Below are positions 62,770-64,000 of a stretch of DNA of 64,000 bases, in pieces. Within the stretch, counting starts at the first letter, position 1; every line of letters starts with the position of its first letter. The notes beneath the pieces are model-generated. The model made no database searches. It was not told the DNA's origin and saw only the letters and a program-made list of their open reading frames with translations. The translations under genes and the position numbers were made by a program. The stretch lies in contig OZ037771.1 of the NCBI GenBank assembly GCA_964035545.1, positions 7,349,190-7,413,189 of the forward strand, read 5' to 3'. Origin of the DNA: Bugula neritina (lineage: Eukaryota; Animalia; Bryozoa).

Positions 62770-64000
62770 AGTAAGTCATCCTGGTTGATGTCACATGTTG
62801 TTTGGAAAGACGGCATCTGGCCTCTCTTAATCTCTTCTACTGCTAGCATCTCTCCGCTTGATGATATCATTCCTTTATTTAGTTCCAACATTCACTGCTG
62901 ATAGTTTATGTTGATGTCAACTGGAATTAGCTATTGCAAACTAATCATGTATAGAGTATTCAGTATTCAGTATTTTATTCAGTTTATGAGAATTGTATTG
63001 CATTATGTTATATTAAATTGTATTATATTTTATTATACTAAATTATGTTATATTTATTTGAAATATTTTTTTTGTCATGCAACTGTATTCATTTTACTAT
63101 AAAAAAACTCCTTGGGTTTTCAGGTAATTTGTGCTCTATTTACATTCCACCACTGTTTCTATATTGTATATGCAATAATTGTAGCTAAGCAAAATTATTA
63201 CAGTATTGTTTTAATAGCAAAACTGAATTTCAATAACAGGCTGCACAATTAGTAGCAGTTTTATTTTTAGATTTTTTAAATAAAACATCTGCAGTTACAG
63301 CCAGAAACTGATATTCTCCCTATTTAGACTTATCTCTGTGCCATAATTATTACAGCTAGTGCAGTTTATTAGCCTGTTCAAATTTCAGCTATTTTGGAAT
63401 GTCCAAACAGTTTATACCTTCTGTTATATATATGAGATATATTATGTTAGAAGAGAAAGAAAATATAGTACCAGTAAACTTTAAACCTCACATTTATAAT
63501 ATGTATTTAACAATATAAAAGAGTTCCTACCTACTGCACTGTCAGGTCAAACAGTTATAACTGAGCTAACTAAAATACTATGAGAAGATGACTCTAATGG
63601 CATGCAGCTTTTTAGCATCAACTCGGTATTATATAATTCTGATTGTGAGCAACAATAACCGCTTTGACCCATTTTACAAAATATTTTTTTTACAATATTT
63701 GACTAATTTAAAATTAAAAAGAGAGTTTTGGCTTTTTAGTTACTAGAAACATGCAAGGCTGTCTTTATTATAACTATGGTGCCCCGCCCCCACCCGCAGT
63801 GTAAGTCAAGGTCATAGAAGATAACTAACTTATAGCCATTTACTTCATTCAATTTTATATATAATATAATATAAGGCTAGTAGCTTATTAAGTTGTCTAT
63901 TTCACCATCTCTAGTGCTGTATTAGGAAATTGAATATACTCTCATATGCAGCAAATCAATATATATACTCCAGGTTCACCAGCTATTCTACAATCAAATA

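Overview
AT-rich, intron-rich animal (invertebrate-like) nuclear DNA. I see no prokaryotic features, CRISPR arrays or rRNA. Most ORFs in the six-frame track are single exons or translated microsatellites. Manual GT-AG splicing with phase checks gives eight genes: (1) a secreted protein whose predicted mature chain starts with His and that has the His1/His/Tyr layout of a copper histidine-brace LPMO, but without motifs I recognise from the named AA families (353-4256, +; top finding); (2) UBE2K; (3) a tandem double CD20/MS4A-like membrane protein, with a decayed partial copy upstream; (4) a divergent Bcl-2-fold protein lacking NWGR and a C-terminal anchor; (5) a type II membrane protein with two WSC-like domains and a CHST-type sulfotransferase domain; (6) a coiled-coil protein with a KASH-like tail and many TQT-like motifs; (7) a WSCD-type sulfotransferase without WSC domains; (8) a GALNT-like probable pseudoenzyme. 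Repeats include at least nine copies of a tRNA-derived SINE, three MITE families, a 5'-truncated Penelope-like element, two hammerhead-like remnants, and many micro- and minisatellites. All family calls come from motif recognition by eye; no searches were run.
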